From the NCBI GenBank assembly GCA_965206595.1, contig OZ242214.1, positions 6,880,001 through 6,944,000 on the forward strand: DNA of 64,000 nt, written 5' to 3'. The stretch's first letter is position 1. The number at the start of each line of letters is the position of its first letter. The notes beneath the pieces were generated by a model, which was not told the DNA's origin, made no database searches, and saw nothing but the letters and a program-made list of their open reading frames with translations. Made by a program: the position numbers and the translations under genes. Source of the stretch: Candidatus Latescibacterota bacterium. Lineage in GTDB: Bacteria; Latescibacterota; UBA2968; UBA8231. Below, in pieces: positions 1-10,444 of this stretch.

Positions 1-170
1 GCCAAGAGCGAAGAACCTGACGGACAAACCGAAGCCGATTCGGGCACCGGTCCGCCCCGATAGGGTAGCCGCCAATCCAGTTTGAACGACCCGGCTGTGA
101 CGCCTCCGATCCCCTTTCCCTCCGCCGCGGCCCTATCTACACTTTCCCCCGCTTCTCCGGGAGATACGAC

Positions 171-1004
171 ATGATCCGCCTGAACGAACAGCAGCTCAAC
201 TTCTTCGACACCTTCGGCTATCTGGCCCTGCCCGGGCTGATGGCCGACTGCATCGACGAGATCATCGACGCCTTCGAGGCGGTCTGGGCCGAGCGCGGCG
301 GGGGCCACGACGGCAGACCGCACGACGGCACACGGCGCTCCTGCATCGTGCCCTTCATCGATCAGCACGAGCGCCTCTGCGCCCTGCTCGACGACCCGCG
401 CATCGAGGGGCTGCTCGCCAGCCTGCTCGGCGACGATTTCAACTACAGCAGCTCCGACGGCAACTACTACGCCGGCGACACGCAGTGGCACTCCGACGGC
501 TACCAGAAGGAGGTGCGCCACGTCAAGATCGCCTTCTACCTCGACCGCCTGACCCGCGACACCGGCTGCCTGCGGGTGATCCCGGGCAGCCACCGGCTCG
601 GCGACCGCTACGCCGGGATGCTCGAGGCGAACGCGCGCAACTCGCAGGAGCAGTGGGGCATCACCGGAGATCAGGTGCCGGCAGTAGCCCTCGAAATCGT
701 GCCGGGAGACGTCGTCGTCTTCCAGCACAACCTCAAGCACAGCGCCTTCGGCGGCGGCGGCCGCCGCCGCATGTTCACCATCAACTGCATGGTGCACGTC
801 CCCGAAGAGCGCATCGACCTCGTCAAGAACGACATGGCCGGGCTCGCCCGCTTCTGGATCGAGAGCGCCTACGGCGAGAAGATGCTGGCCACCGCCAGCC
901 CCCGGCGCATGGTGCACCTCGAGCAGCGGAAGGCCAACGAAGGCCACCTCAAGGAACTGGCAGCGAAGGCGCGGGCCGAAATGGCCGAGCCCTCGCGGGG
1001 ATAG
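171..1004 (+). CDS. Phytanoyl-CoA dioxygenase (PhyH) family Fe(II)/2-OG oxygenase
   Basis: N-terminal 'FFDTFGYL', HxD motif (WHSD), 'GCLRVIPGSH', distal His in 'FQHNLKHSA'; GGAG RBS upstream. Confidence 0.9.
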   Translation: MIRLNEQQLNFFDTFGYLALPGLMADCIDEIIDAFEAVWAERGGGHDGRPHDGTRRSCIVPFIDQHERLCALLDDPRIEGLLASLLGDDFNYSSSDGNYYAGDTQWHSDGYQKEVRHVKIAFYLDRLTRDTGCLRVIPGSHRLGDRYAGMLEANARNSQEQWGITGDQVPAVALEIVPGDVVVFQHNLKHSAFGGGGRRRMFTINCMVHVPEERIDLVKNDMAGLARFWIESAYGEKMLATASPRRMVHLEQRKANEGHLKELAAKARAEMAEPSRG

Positions 1005-1009
1005 GGATC

Positions 1010-1936
1010 ATGAGCGACAGCTACGAATTCAAGATGGGGATGTACCTCGGCGAGCTGCAGCAGCCGTTCGAGGAATCGCTGGACACGGCGCGCGCCCTCG
1101 AGGCCGGCTACGTCTGGTGCGGCACCCACTCCGACAACCGCGCCATCTACGAGCTGCCCGACGCCGAGATCGACAAGGCGGCAGAGCAGGTCGCCGCGCG
1201 CGGTCTCGAGTTCTTCCTGCTCGACGGGGCCGGGCTGTTCAAGACCGTCCATCTCGCCGAGCTCGAGCCGGGCAAAATGCTGGAGCACGCCCAGTTCAGG
1301 GAGCACTTCGACAAGCTGCAGCGGTCGATGGAAGTCTCCGCCCGCCTGGGGATCGCCGCGGTCGGCTGCAGCAGCTTCGCCTGGCCGGCCGAGTACACCG
1401 GCGGCAAGCCGACCTGGCCGATGCGCTGGGCGACCCGCGGCGGCATCATCTCCGACGGGGACATGGCCAAGCTCGTCGAAGCCTTCTCGATGTTCGCCGA
1501 CCTCGCCGAGAAGCACGAGGTCGACGTCGCCTTCCTGATGATGCAGTGGAACTACGGCAACACCAGCCGCAACTTCCGCCGCATCGTCGAGGCGGTGGGC
1601 TCGAAGCGCATCAAGGTGCTCTGGTGCCCGGCCGACAACTTCAACTGCGGCGAGGTCGACAACGCCAGCGCCGGGTTCGAGAACCTGCGCCCCTACCTGC
1701 ACGGCGTGCACGCCAAGGACCTGCGCACCATCGACGGTTCGAAGCTCGAATTCGAGTACGCCCCGATCGGCGAAGGGGACGTCGACTACCCGACGATCCT
1801 GCGCAACCTGCGCGACAACCGCTGCGACGCCGTCCTGTCGATCGCCACCCACTTCCTGCCGGCAAGCGGCTCGCGGCTCGAGGCGATGCGGACGAACTAC
1901 GCCAACATCCGCAGGCTCATCGGCGAGCTGCCGTAG
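1010..1936 (+). CDS. Sugar phosphate isomerase/epimerase (xylose isomerase-like TIM barrel)
   Basis: ATG at 1010 just after the PhyH stop, in the frame of ORF 485..1936; 'HGVHAKD', 'PIGEGDVDY' motifs. Confidence 0.85.
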   Translation: MSDSYEFKMGMYLGELQQPFEESLDTARALEAGYVWCGTHSDNRAIYELPDAEIDKAAEQVAARGLEFFLLDGAGLFKTVHLAELEPGKMLEHAQFREHFDKLQRSMEVSARLGIAAVGCSSFAWPAEYTGGKPTWPMRWATRGGIISDGDMAKLVEAFSMFADLAEKHEVDVAFLMMQWNYGNTSRNFRRIVEAVGSKRIKVLWCPADNFNCGEVDNASAGFENLRPYLHGVHAKDLRTIDGSKLEFEYAPIGEGDVDYPTILRNLRDNRCDAVLSIATHFLPASGSRLEAMRTNYANIRRLIGELP

Positions 1937-1944
1937 CTTCCGCC

Positions 1945-2247
1945 TTACTCGGGATCATCATCCCTCATCGCGTGAAGCAGGGATGAGGTATCGTCCAGAT
2001 CGATACCGGGTCGCACGCCCCGCCCTTTGAAGGTCTTCAAGGGAACCCTGTCCAACATCGGCTCCGGTGCCGCTTCCCCGTTGGCGTGCATGTCTGCGAG
2101 GCACTCGCGCACAAGGCGCTGAATGCCGGGCAACGCTGCAGCGGGGGTAGGTGCCAGCCAGCTCAGCGATGGGAATTCAGCGCACAGTCCCACATGTGCG
2201 TTGTCTTCGGCCGACCATGTGGTGCGGTAGGTGTACCGGTCGCTCAT
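1945..2247 (-). CDS. HicB-like antitoxin N-terminus fused to a VapB/DUF2191-like antitoxin tail; no cognate toxin adjacent
   Basis: 'YTYRTTWSAEDNAHVGLCAEFPSLSWLA...PEP' is HicB-like; tail 'PLKTFKGRGVRPGIDLDDTSSLL' resembles DUF2191/VapB C-termini. Confidence 0.65.
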   Translation of the reverse strand: MSDRYTYRTTWSAEDNAHVGLCAEFPSLSWLAPTPAAALPGIQRLVRECLADMHANGEAAPEPMLDRVPLKTFKGRGVRPGIDLDDTSSLLHAMRDDDPE

Positions 2248-2359
2248 AGCATGCCTTCCCATTTTGTCGGTTTACCTTGAACAGTCAACTGCCCCGACCT
2301 CGCCGGACGACCTGATTTTGTGATCATATTTCTGCCGTTTGCAAGCGAAAGGAAACAGT

Positions 2360-2755
2360 ATGTCCATCGACCAGATAAACCATTACCAGCGCAAGCTCGC
2401 CTATGAAATGGATTCATGGGACCTCTACGAAGCTTTGGGCAAGAACGAACCCATCACCATCGTCGACGGACGTTCCGCGGAGGCTCATGCCCAGGAGCAT
2501 ATTCCTGGCGCGCTCAACCTGCCCCACAGGGAAATCTGTTTCAATTCCACCGGGTCGCTCGACAAATCCAAAGTCCATATCTGCTACTGCGACGGCATCG
2601 GGTGCAACGCCTCGACGAAGACGGCGCTGAAGCTGCTTACACTGGAGTTTCAGGTGCGCGAGCTGATCGGCGGGCTCGACTGGTGGAAGCGGGACGGCTA
2701 CGCCACCTCAGGCACCAAGGGACAACCCGGGACCGAGATCGAATGCGGATGCTGA
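2360..2755 (+). CDS. Rhodanese-like domain protein
   Basis: 'IVDGRS...EHIPGALNLP', 'CYCDGIGCNAS', 'ELIGGLDWW'. Confidence 0.9.
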   Translation: MSIDQINHYQRKLAYEMDSWDLYEALGKNEPITIVDGRSAEAHAQEHIPGALNLPHREICFNSTGSLDKSKVHICYCDGIGCNASTKTALKLLTLEFQVRELIGGLDWWKRDGYATSGTKGQPGTEIECGC

Positions 2756-2793
2756 ACCAGGGTCAACGGATCAATACGATTCGGTGGAGGCTG

Positions 2794-5688
2794 TCATCCG
2801 TTTACATTCCCCACACCATGACCACGTGCTGCTTCTGGTTTCGTCTCGGCGGAGCCTCGGTTGGCACCTATCCCAAGGATCCCAAGGTTAAAGTTCAGCT
2901 CGTCCGCGATGCTCCGGGGCAAGGGGATCGTCTCGGCAGAATCCGGAGTTATCAGACTGGCAACCTGGTCCTGTCCCATCACCACACGGAACCACTGCTC
3001 ACGTTCGGTCATTACTTTGTACTGGCGGTCATCGGCAGCACCCGCCAGGTACGGAAGATACACGGTGATGGGTTCTTGCCCCTCCGCCTTGCAGCCGAGG
3101 CGGTCGACGCGGCCGGTTCTCTGCTCGATGCTGCTAGGGTTCCACGCCAAGTCGTGGTGGATGACATGGCGGCAGTTGCGCTGAAGATCCACTCCTTCTC
3201 CCATCACCTGGCTGCAGACCAAGATGTCCGGGAAGAACGGCGTGTTGAAGGCACGCATGAGTCGTGAACGGGTGTCTCGGTTCGTTAACCCTGTGGCCAT
3301 CTGAACGTTCGCAGTGCCCCCCGTCCTGATAGCGGCCGTGGCGTCCAGATAGTCGTCTCGCTCCTTGGACGAACAGTAGCATGTCAGGAAGTCCACGAAT
3401 TTCTCGAACTTCCTCCGCCAAGTCAGGCTCGATGCGTCTTCTTTGTCGAGCATCCGCTCGACGACCATTTCCGGCTCCCGGGCTTCGTACTCCTCGATGG
3501 GGAAACAGCGGACCAATGTGGTCGGCACTCGAAGATATCGACGCATCACCCCGATTATCCGATCCAAAGTCTGCTGCCGAACACCGGAGACGAACAGATC
3601 ATCGCGACGGCGATCCACGATGGAACGGAGGGCTTTATCGAGTTCCCTGCGGCCCGGGGCCTCACGGTCGTCGAAATACCGGACCCTAATCCTGTTCAAG
3701 ACTTGGGTGACTTCGGTTTCTTCGATGGACTCTCCCGGCTTTGCGAGGCGGCGACGAGCAAGCGCTGCGGTCCGCTTCTCGATCTCTTTTCTGACGTGAA
3801 TGCGAAGGGCGGCACAGGTCTGGCGATAGAAGGCGAACACGAGGACCTTCTCCCCGGCCTCCCATAGATCGACCGTCTTTTGCACGGTAGCCCCGATTTT
3901 TGGGTGAATACACCCGGTGCATTGCTTTAGCGCCGTGTCGAACTCCCGAAGATACCAGCCCGAATGTGTGAGATCCGCGGAACCGGGTTCGTCGTCGGTA
4001 TCATCACGCTCGGGTGCACGCTGTTCCCTGGTGTTGCGAAAGGCTTCGTAGGAAGAGCAAAGGGCCTCCCCCAGCAGATCCTTCCCAGGATTGACTGCAC
4101 TGCGAGCCGCGAGAAAAAAGGGCAGCAGTTGGTCGCTTGGGACCGGAAGGCCCGTAGTGCCGTCTTGCCCGGCGACCGCTGAGCCTTCGATCCTGCGGCG
4201 GCGCTCGATCCCGGTCCCGCTCCAATAGGCGCCCTTGTTGTGGCGGACAATCCATGGACGAAGGGTTTCTTCGGCAGTATCTCGAAGAATGCGCGACGTC
4301 TTGAAGCCTTCGACGACCGCCCGTTGTCGGCTCGTGAGCTCGTCGAGCGGCGAGTTGCAGAGTCGCATCCACCACCTTTCTACCTCCTCCTCCTTGCAGT
4401 CTTCGGGCCGCAGTCGGCTCCAGCGGCGCTGCAGAGCGACTGCGGCCCGCTGGCTGTCGTCGAGGTGCTCGCTAAGTGTCTGGAGACGCTCGATGAACTT
4501 CCCCCGCTCGCCGAGCTGCGCTGGATCCCAGCGGACGTCCGAAAACCTTTCGAGGACGCGAACCAACTCGTGGTGACCAAGCTGAAACGGCGTTGCGGTC
4601 AGGAAGAGCATCCGATCGAAGGCGCCGGCCATGGCACCGTCGCCGGTGCGCAAGTCGCTCTTCGAATCCTGGGACTGAAGTTGCCGGGCGAGCGACGTGC
4701 CGGGATTCTTCAGATGGTGCGCCTCATCCACGACCAGAAGCGGTGAACGCCAGCGCGCCTGGGCCAGGAGATCTTTCCAGAGCATTTCCTCGACCGCCTT
4801 CAAGGCTTTCCGCACGTCGTCGAGGCGTTCCGAGACCCGTTCCGGGCCGCCGGTAGCCCGGAGCGGTATCTGTTTCAACGCCTCGGCGAGAGGCGACAGA
4901 TCGATCCGTTTAAGCTTGAGTGCGCGCGCGACCGACTTCGGCACAGGGTCGTCAGGCAGTTGTCGCCGCTCGTTTCGCACCTCGCTGTTGTAGATCCGTT
5001 TCCACTCGGACGGGTCGGTCTTGAGAAGACTCTTCCACAGTTCATCACCCCAGTCGTGGGCTCGCTCCTCGCCTATCGCCTTCAACAACTCGGCGAGGAA
5101 GCGGTGGATCTGCTGCTTCACCTTGATCAGCTGCCTAGCGCCACCCCGGCCGTGCCGCCTCAACGCCTCGGCGATCAATGCCAGCCGCACCCATTTGTCC
5201 GTCTGGCTACGAGACATGGCTCCTTGTGCCAGCAGGATGAGATGGCAGCGCCGGCGCGGCGGATCGTCGAGGAGACGCATCAGGTCGACGCTGTGCCGAG
5301 CGGTGCCATAGCGCACAGCTTCGGGGGCGGCCAGTTCCCGTGCAGTCGCGATATCGCAACGGACCGGGCGGCGATTCTCGAGGTAGAGTTCGCAGAACGT
5401 CGCCAGGTCCTGTTCCCACTTGTCGATGAGATTCGGGGGAACCATCACGACAACCGGGCCACGCCGATTCCGGACGGCGGTGCTGTACGCGACGGCGAGC
5501 GCGACGAAGGTTTTCCCCATTCCGACTTCGTCAGCGAGGATCACACCTGGTCGGCGGCGCAGCCTTGACAGGATCTCCTTGACCTCTTCACGCTGGCGCT
5601 TCTGGTCCGCCGCGGGGACGCGGTTGTTCATCCGTTTCCCGAGCACGAGCTCAGGTGGAACGGTGTACGAATTGTTCTTTATCGACAT
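2794..5688 (-). CDS. SNF2/SF2 helicase (third gene of an Azaca-like operon)
   Basis: Walker A 'LADEVGMGKT', 'VVDEAHH', motif III 'TATP', C-terminal 'GEGVDLQ...HHDLAWNPSSIEQRTGRVDR'. Confidence 0.9.
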   Translation of the reverse strand: MSIKNNSYTVPPELVLGKRMNNRVPAADQKRQREEVKEILSRLRRRPGVILADEVGMGKTFVALAVAYSTAVRNRRGPVVVMVPPNLIDKWEQDLATFCELYLENRRPVRCDIATARELAAPEAVRYGTARHSVDLMRLLDDPPRRRCHLILLAQGAMSRSQTDKWVRLALIAEALRRHGRGGARQLIKVKQQIHRFLAELLKAIGEERAHDWGDELWKSLLKTDPSEWKRIYNSEVRNERRQLPDDPVPKSVARALKLKRIDLSPLAEALKQIPLRATGGPERVSERLDDVRKALKAVEEMLWKDLLAQARWRSPLLVVDEAHHLKNPGTSLARQLQSQDSKSDLRTGDGAMAGAFDRMLFLTATPFQLGHHELVRVLERFSDVRWDPAQLGERGKFIERLQTLSEHLDDSQRAAVALQRRWSRLRPEDCKEEEVERWWMRLCNSPLDELTSRQRAVVEGFKTSRILRDTAEETLRPWIVRHNKGAYWSGTGIERRRRIEGSAVAGQDGTTGLPVPSDQLLPFFLAARSAVNPGKDLLGEALCSSYEAFRNTREQRAPERDDTDDEPGSADLTHSGWYLREFDTALKQCTGCIHPKIGATVQKTVDLWEAGEKVLVFAFYRQTCAALRIHVRKEIEKRTAALARRRLAKPGESIEETEVTQVLNRIRVRYFDDREAPGRRELDKALRSIVDRRRDDLFVSGVRQQTLDRIIGVMRRYLRVPTTLVRCFPIEEYEAREPEMVVERMLDKEDASSLTWRRKFEKFVDFLTCYCSSKERDDYLDATAAIRTGGTANVQMATGLTNRDTRSRLMRAFNTPFFPDILVCSQVMGEGVDLQRNCRHVIHHDLAWNPSSIEQRTGRVDRLGCKAEGQEPITVYLPYLAGAADDRQYKVMTEREQWFRVVMGQDQVASLITPDSAETIPLPRSIADELNFNLGILGIGANRGSAETKPEAARGHGVGNVNG

Positions 5689-7784
5689 TGCTCGAGGACC
5701 CGCTGCCAGAACCCCATCAGATCGGCGGACACGTTCGCATTCCGTGCAGCAAGCTGCCCCTGGAGCTTCTCGGCCAGCTCGCGAAGAAACGGTCGAAACA
5801 CTTCCTCGAACTCTGGTTTGGTCAAGGAGTCATCGCTCGGCTGGTAGTCGACTTCACGCAGCACAATCAGGAAGTCCGCGAGGGTCAGGAGCCCCTCATC
5901 CGCCGAACCGTCTGTGGAATCGAGCTCACGTACCAGGCGCTCAGCGAACGTCTCGATGCCGATCATGCCCCGCAACCGCCATTCGAGCGCCTGCCGGCCC
6001 CATACCGGACGCTGAAGATTCGAGCGAAGCTGCGCAAGCATGCGGGCCCGACGCCGGATACGGTGGAGGAAGGTGGACTGCAAATCGTGACGCCGGAGCG
6101 GGTCGAGGTCGGAAGGGGTAGCTGAATCGAGGTCGGTGTCGAACGTGTCCGAGGCTTGCTGGCCGCGAGCCCAGGCGCGAAACGCAGCGCTCGGATCCGG
6201 GGCCGCGAGGAGCCAGAGCATGTCGGCGGCGGACATCTGTTCCAGTTCGGCTGGAGGCGGTAACTGCTGCGGGTCTTCCACGTTGAGCGGCAGGAAAGCT
6301 TCCAGGCCGTCCCACGAAATCAGAAGCCGGTCGGGTGGCTGCAGTGGCGGCCAATTCAGGGACACGGCCTCTGGGGATCCCATGTCCGACCACGACCACT
6401 GGTTGAGGAGTTCCCTTTCGTCCCGGCCACAGGCGTAGATCCTCCATTCGGGAGGCAAGAGTTCGGGGACCAGGAACACCACGATCTGCCGCTCGTCGCC
6501 CGCTCGGTAGGTCGCCGACAAGATGCCTACGGGAACGAGTGCACCGGGCTCATTCTCTTCCTCGTCGTGATTCCGCTGAGGCCCCAGCCATTCAGCCTCG
6601 TCCAGATCGTCGACCGGCTCCATCTGAGGCCATATCGCTTCGAGGTTACCGGCCTCACGACCGAAAGCGACCCGCTCCGCAACGGTCACCAGATTCGCCT
6701 CCGCGTTGCGGTGAGAGGTCACCCCCATGCCCGCGCTGGTGAAATTGGACGATCCGACCAAGAGGGCCGAGTACGTGTCCCCTAGCAAAGCGAGCATCTT
6801 CGCGTGCCAGGGTCTACGGTTCTCGTCCTCGTCGAAATCCGGTAGGATCTCGACGGTGACACTCCCTCGATACTTGAGGGGTGTTGATGCGATAGCCTTT
6901 GGCGCAGCAAGACGGGGAACGGCCGGTTCTCCATCTTCGAGGACCGCCGGCACGCAGAAGCAGACCTCACGAGACCTGCCTCTCGCCATCAACCGGCAGA
7001 GCGCCGCAGCCACGCGAGACATGTCCTCGTCGGCATCGAAAAACGGGGAGGCAATCCAGGCCTCGTAAGGCGATCCGCCTCGACGACGGCAGATGGCCAG
7101 CGCCTCCTCGAGGCTACTGCGCCCCTCTTGACCCGATGGGGCGGCCGGAAGCGTGCATGCGAACTTCTGTCGCACCCGGCCCTTGCTCCTCGGGCGCGCC
7201 CAGGCCCCGGCCTGTCGTTCCACGTGCGCCAGGTAGGTATCCGCCCGCTGCACCTCGGGGGTGCTTTCCCGACCACGGGGAACGAACGTGAGGAGGTCGC
7301 GGAGAAAAGCCACCGCCTGGGCAAGCAGCTCCCTGTCGGCTTCCTTGGGGGAAAGGTCGATGGTGGCAGCGACCTCGTGGTTCGTCCGGTAGCCGGGCTC
7401 CGTGAGGTTGGCGGAGGCCACAATGATTCGGATGTGGTTGCTCCATGCGAGAACGCTGAGCTTTGCGTGCTGCCTCCCCCCAGGAATCCGTACCGGAAGG
7501 ATGTCCCAGCGCAGCGAGTGCTCCACGCCTGCCTGCGTGTGATCGACCATAACACCTGCGTATACGCTGCCCAGTCGGCCTTCGCGCTCCAGCAGGAACG
7601 CCAGATCCTCCCGGTTGGGGTCGGACTCGATCTCCAGGAAGCGGGCCAGGCACTGCTCGTCGAACAGGCCGGGCGTAAACGTATAGGTTGTCGCCAGACA
7701 GCCGATGGGGCCTCCGGCATCCGCAGGCGGCCGCCACAGCTCCAGCATGGCGCAGCTACTCTCGCTACTCTTCCCCCTGCTCAT
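5679..7784 (-). CDS. Phospholipase D-family nuclease-like protein (two HxK motifs)
   Basis: 'QHAKL...ASANLT' and 'WHAKM...GSSNFT'; overlaps both neighbours. Confidence 0.8.
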   Translation of the reverse strand: MSRGKSSESSCAMLELWRPPADAGGPIGCLATTYTFTPGLFDEQCLARFLEIESDPNREDLAFLLEREGRLGSVYAGVMVDHTQAGVEHSLRWDILPVRIPGGRQHAKLSVLAWSNHIRIIVASANLTEPGYRTNHEVAATIDLSPKEADRELLAQAVAFLRDLLTFVPRGRESTPEVQRADTYLAHVERQAGAWARPRSKGRVRQKFACTLPAAPSGQEGRSSLEEALAICRRRGGSPYEAWIASPFFDADEDMSRVAAALCRLMARGRSREVCFCVPAVLEDGEPAVPRLAAPKAIASTPLKYRGSVTVEILPDFDEDENRRPWHAKMLALLGDTYSALLVGSSNFTSAGMGVTSHRNAEANLVTVAERVAFGREAGNLEAIWPQMEPVDDLDEAEWLGPQRNHDEEENEPGALVPVGILSATYRAGDERQIVVFLVPELLPPEWRIYACGRDERELLNQWSWSDMGSPEAVSLNWPPLQPPDRLLISWDGLEAFLPLNVEDPQQLPPPAELEQMSAADMLWLLAAPDPSAAFRAWARGQQASDTFDTDLDSATPSDLDPLRRHDLQSTFLHRIRRRARMLAQLRSNLQRPVWGRQALEWRLRGMIGIETFAERLVRELDSTDGSADEGLLTLADFLIVLREVDYQPSDDSLTKPEFEEVFRPFLRELAEKLQGQLAARNANVSADLMGFWQRVLEQCR

Positions 7785-9079
7785 GCGAGATCGTCCCGGA
7801 AGCTGCGGATCGGCAAACCGCGATAGGGGTGCACGTACCGCGTGGGGGAAATTTCGGGGGGCTGGATACGATACGCTTGACGGATGTAGATGCGGTCGCC
7901 TCCGATGCGATCGAACCAGGGCCTCTTGCCGTCGGCGGATTTCCTCTGCTGAACCGTCTCGTGATGTTCGCAGAGCGTTAGAGCGCAGGTCTTGGCATCC
8001 ATCGGCTCCGCCAGCAGGCCGAAACGCTCGTCAAAAAGATTCTGGATGGAGAAGCCGCTTGTCGTGATCTCGCCGAGAGCGCGGTGCGCTGCTGCGAAGC
8101 GCTCGTCGAGCCGGTCGACGCTCTCCCGGAACGCCTGGTTGCCAGCAATGCCGGGCACAAAATACCCTCGGGCGTCAGGCCCGGCCGCTTCGGCACGCAG
8201 GACGTCGAAGGCGTCCTGAAGGCCACGGGCGAAGGCCTCGTAGGACCGGATCGCCTTCACGAGCGGTCTGTACTCTGGCGCCTTGCGCTCCAGGTCGACT
8301 TGAAGCGCCTCTTCCCGAAATGCGCCGTTCCCGTGGTTCACCAGAAGCTGCCAGAGCTGCGGAAGGGCGCCGAATTGCCGGTCGTCTTCGGCGAGAAGAA
8401 GCTCGCGCAGGAGCCTCTTCTCCTTCGCTTTGGCCGCCCCGGGAGCAAACGACTTGGCGAGCTCGGCCCATTCCGACGAACTCCAAGACGGCTTCGTACG
8501 CGGCGGAGACTGTTTCAGGCTGCGGCAAACCGCCACCCTCCAGCGGTCAAACTGCCCCTTCGCGCCCGCGATTCCTCCCAGTCCCCGATCTCGCGCCCAT
8601 GCGTCCGCAAGCCGCTCTGCCTGCGAGTCGGGGCCTAGATGGACGTCCAACAATCCGAGATGGACCGCCAGGCGTTTATAGACTCCATGGAAGCCGAAAA
8701 CCCGAGGCGTCTTCAGGTAGCTTCGGGCGTCGAGGTACCCGTGTCGGGAGAGAGCTGTCCGCGTAACGCGGGTCCCGGGCACGCCCCGGATTGACAGATC
8801 GCTTTCCGTATCCCGAATCAGCGCCTCGACAATCAGCCACTCCCACACGAGATATGGCGAAGCGTCGGGGCGTCGGGGATCGTCTTCCAAACTTTCCGTA
8901 ACGAGGGAACCCACCGCCATGGCGGTCAGGAAACGGATCCGCTGCATCCGTTCGCGGACCCCCGGTACGAGTTGGCTGGCCAGCTGATCAGCGATCTGGT
9001 AAAGACCGAGCGGATCGAGGTTTCCTTCGCTGGTACCGGGTGGATCGTAGCTTGTCAGAAACGGAAGGGAAGCCGCCAT
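7781..9079 (-). CDS. Conserved hypothetical protein, DUF6361-like (first gene of an Azaca-like operon)
   Basis: N-terminal 'LDPLGL..IADQLA..LVPG...R..RIRF' typical of proteins preceding PLD+SNF2 pairs; 4-bp overlap with the PLD gene. Confidence 0.6.
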   Translation of the reverse strand: MAASLPFLTSYDPPGTSEGNLDPLGLYQIADQLASQLVPGVRERMQRIRFLTAMAVGSLVTESLEDDPRRPDASPYLVWEWLIVEALIRDTESDLSIRGVPGTRVTRTALSRHGYLDARSYLKTPRVFGFHGVYKRLAVHLGLLDVHLGPDSQAERLADAWARDRGLGGIAGAKGQFDRWRVAVCRSLKQSPPRTKPSWSSSEWAELAKSFAPGAAKAKEKRLLRELLLAEDDRQFGALPQLWQLLVNHGNGAFREEALQVDLERKAPEYRPLVKAIRSYEAFARGLQDAFDVLRAEAAGPDARGYFVPGIAGNQAFRESVDRLDERFAAAHRALGEITTSGFSIQNLFDERFGLLAEPMDAKTCALTLCEHHETVQQRKSADGKRPWFDRIGGDRIYIRQAYRIQPPEISPTRYVHPYRGLPIRSFRDDLA

Positions 9080-9185
9080 TAGTTTTTCATCTCGCAGGGA
9101 TATGGATATCCGTCACGGGATGTCCAAAATCGTCCCTACACTCAGCCCTCACCTGTTCGGCGTGCGGCACCATGTCTGATCCCGA

Positions 9186-9475
9186 TCAGACTGCCGATGG
9201 GCCGGCAAGCTCGCGGTCGATGGCATCGCCCTTGGTGACTTCGACCTGCGATATGTCGTACTGGCTCTGGAGATTCATCCAGAAGGCCGCCCCGGTGCCG
9301 AAATAGCGCCCGAGGCGAACGGCCGTGTCGGCGGTGATCGACCGCTCCGCGCGAAGGATTGCCGTGATCCGGTTGGCGGGCACCCGGATGGCGAGCGCGA
9401 GTTGATTCGCGCTCATGTTGCGGGCGTCGAGTTCCGCACGGAGGAGCTGTCCGGGTGTGTCTTGATGCGTGTCAT
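9186..9475 (-). pseudogene. higA: HigA-family HTH antitoxin with a 1-nt frameshift near 9452; no higB toxin
   Basis: Adding one G restores MTRIKTHPGQLLRAELDARNMSANQLA...ITADTAVRLGRYFGT.AAFWMNLQ; may be a sequencing error. Confidence 0.8.
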
Positions 9476-9766
9476 TGGCAGTCTTCCGTTTTCAGTTTCC
9501 CCCGGAGCCGCCGGCTACGGCTTGGCCCCGTCGTATTTGTTGTGCTTTCCTCCGTCGTTTCTTGAAGGCCGCAACGTACAACGTACAACGAGAAACGCTG
9601 GCACCAGGGCCACAACATGAACAGCATGACCCCGCTGCAGGCATTCAAGAAAGGGCCCACAGCCAAGCCCCCGGGTCAAGTGAAGCAGTGGAGAAAAACG
9701 CGGCCTTATCAACAATCCCCAGCAGGGGTGAGTGTCAGGTAGGTAATTACCATCGCCGTATAGTTG

Positions 9767-10444
9767 TCACTTTAGCTTGTTATCAACTTCATCCAAAAAA
9801 ACTTTCGAAACTCTGAAAATCTCGTTCGTATCGGCGACCATATTCTTCTTGGTTCGGGAGCGCCTATTCCTATTGGTTGGAGAGAAATCTATGTCCATTT
9901 CGTGGACAATCTGATTACGTGCCGTGAATATCCGAGCTAGGCCGTCGGGGGCTTTTGTAATTGAATTGGACTGGATATCAAAAAACGAACCTACCCTCAG
10001 CAGTTGGTCTTTCGACTGCAAACTTTGTGAGGTAAGGTCCGAAACCAGAATCTCAATGAGCCGATCTCGTGGTCTTTTCTGAGTGAGAATATCAGCAAGA
10101 AACCTGTGGTCAATCTCCTCTCCTCTGCGGATTCGTCGTTCAATATCTGTACGAAACGTTCGCTCAGCGGCTTCATTGCAATTGATCACATCAGGTAAGG
10201 CATCCTTTATCAGTTGCTTTACTAGAGAGTCCAGACCAGCACAGGCGAATGTGAGCATGGCTCTGAAAAGGTCTTGTTCTTTGTCTGTGGACACTCCTTT
10301 AGCGTTGCGCCCCTTTCTCGTAGTATTGAACACTTCGAGGAAGGAACCCGATGTAGCATGAGCGTTGCGGAGGAGAGTAAAGGCATTTCTACACTGCTGA
10401 CAATTCGGCTCAGAGGGATAGTGCTCGAAGAGTGATGACATCAA
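9767..10444 (-). CDS. HEPN domain protein (putative RNase)
   Basis: Rx4H motif 'RNQIVH' near the C-terminus; helical 225-aa protein; lower GC than flanks. Confidence 0.75.
   Translation of the reverse strand: MMSSLFEHYPSEPNCQQCRNAFTLLRNAHATSGSFLEVFNTTRKGRNAKGVSTDKEQDLFRAMLTFACAGLDSLVKQLIKDALPDVINCNEAAERTFRTDIERRIRRGEEIDHRFLADILTQKRPRDRLIEILVSDLTSQSLQSKDQLLRVGSFFDIQSNSITKAPDGLARIFTARNQIVHEMDIDFSPTNRNRRSRTKKNMVADTNEIFRVSKVFLDEVDNKLK

Noticed and set aside
1-63. Possible 3' end of an upstream gene (open frame ending in TAG at 61-63)
   Set aside because: Only 20 codons visible; cannot be identified.
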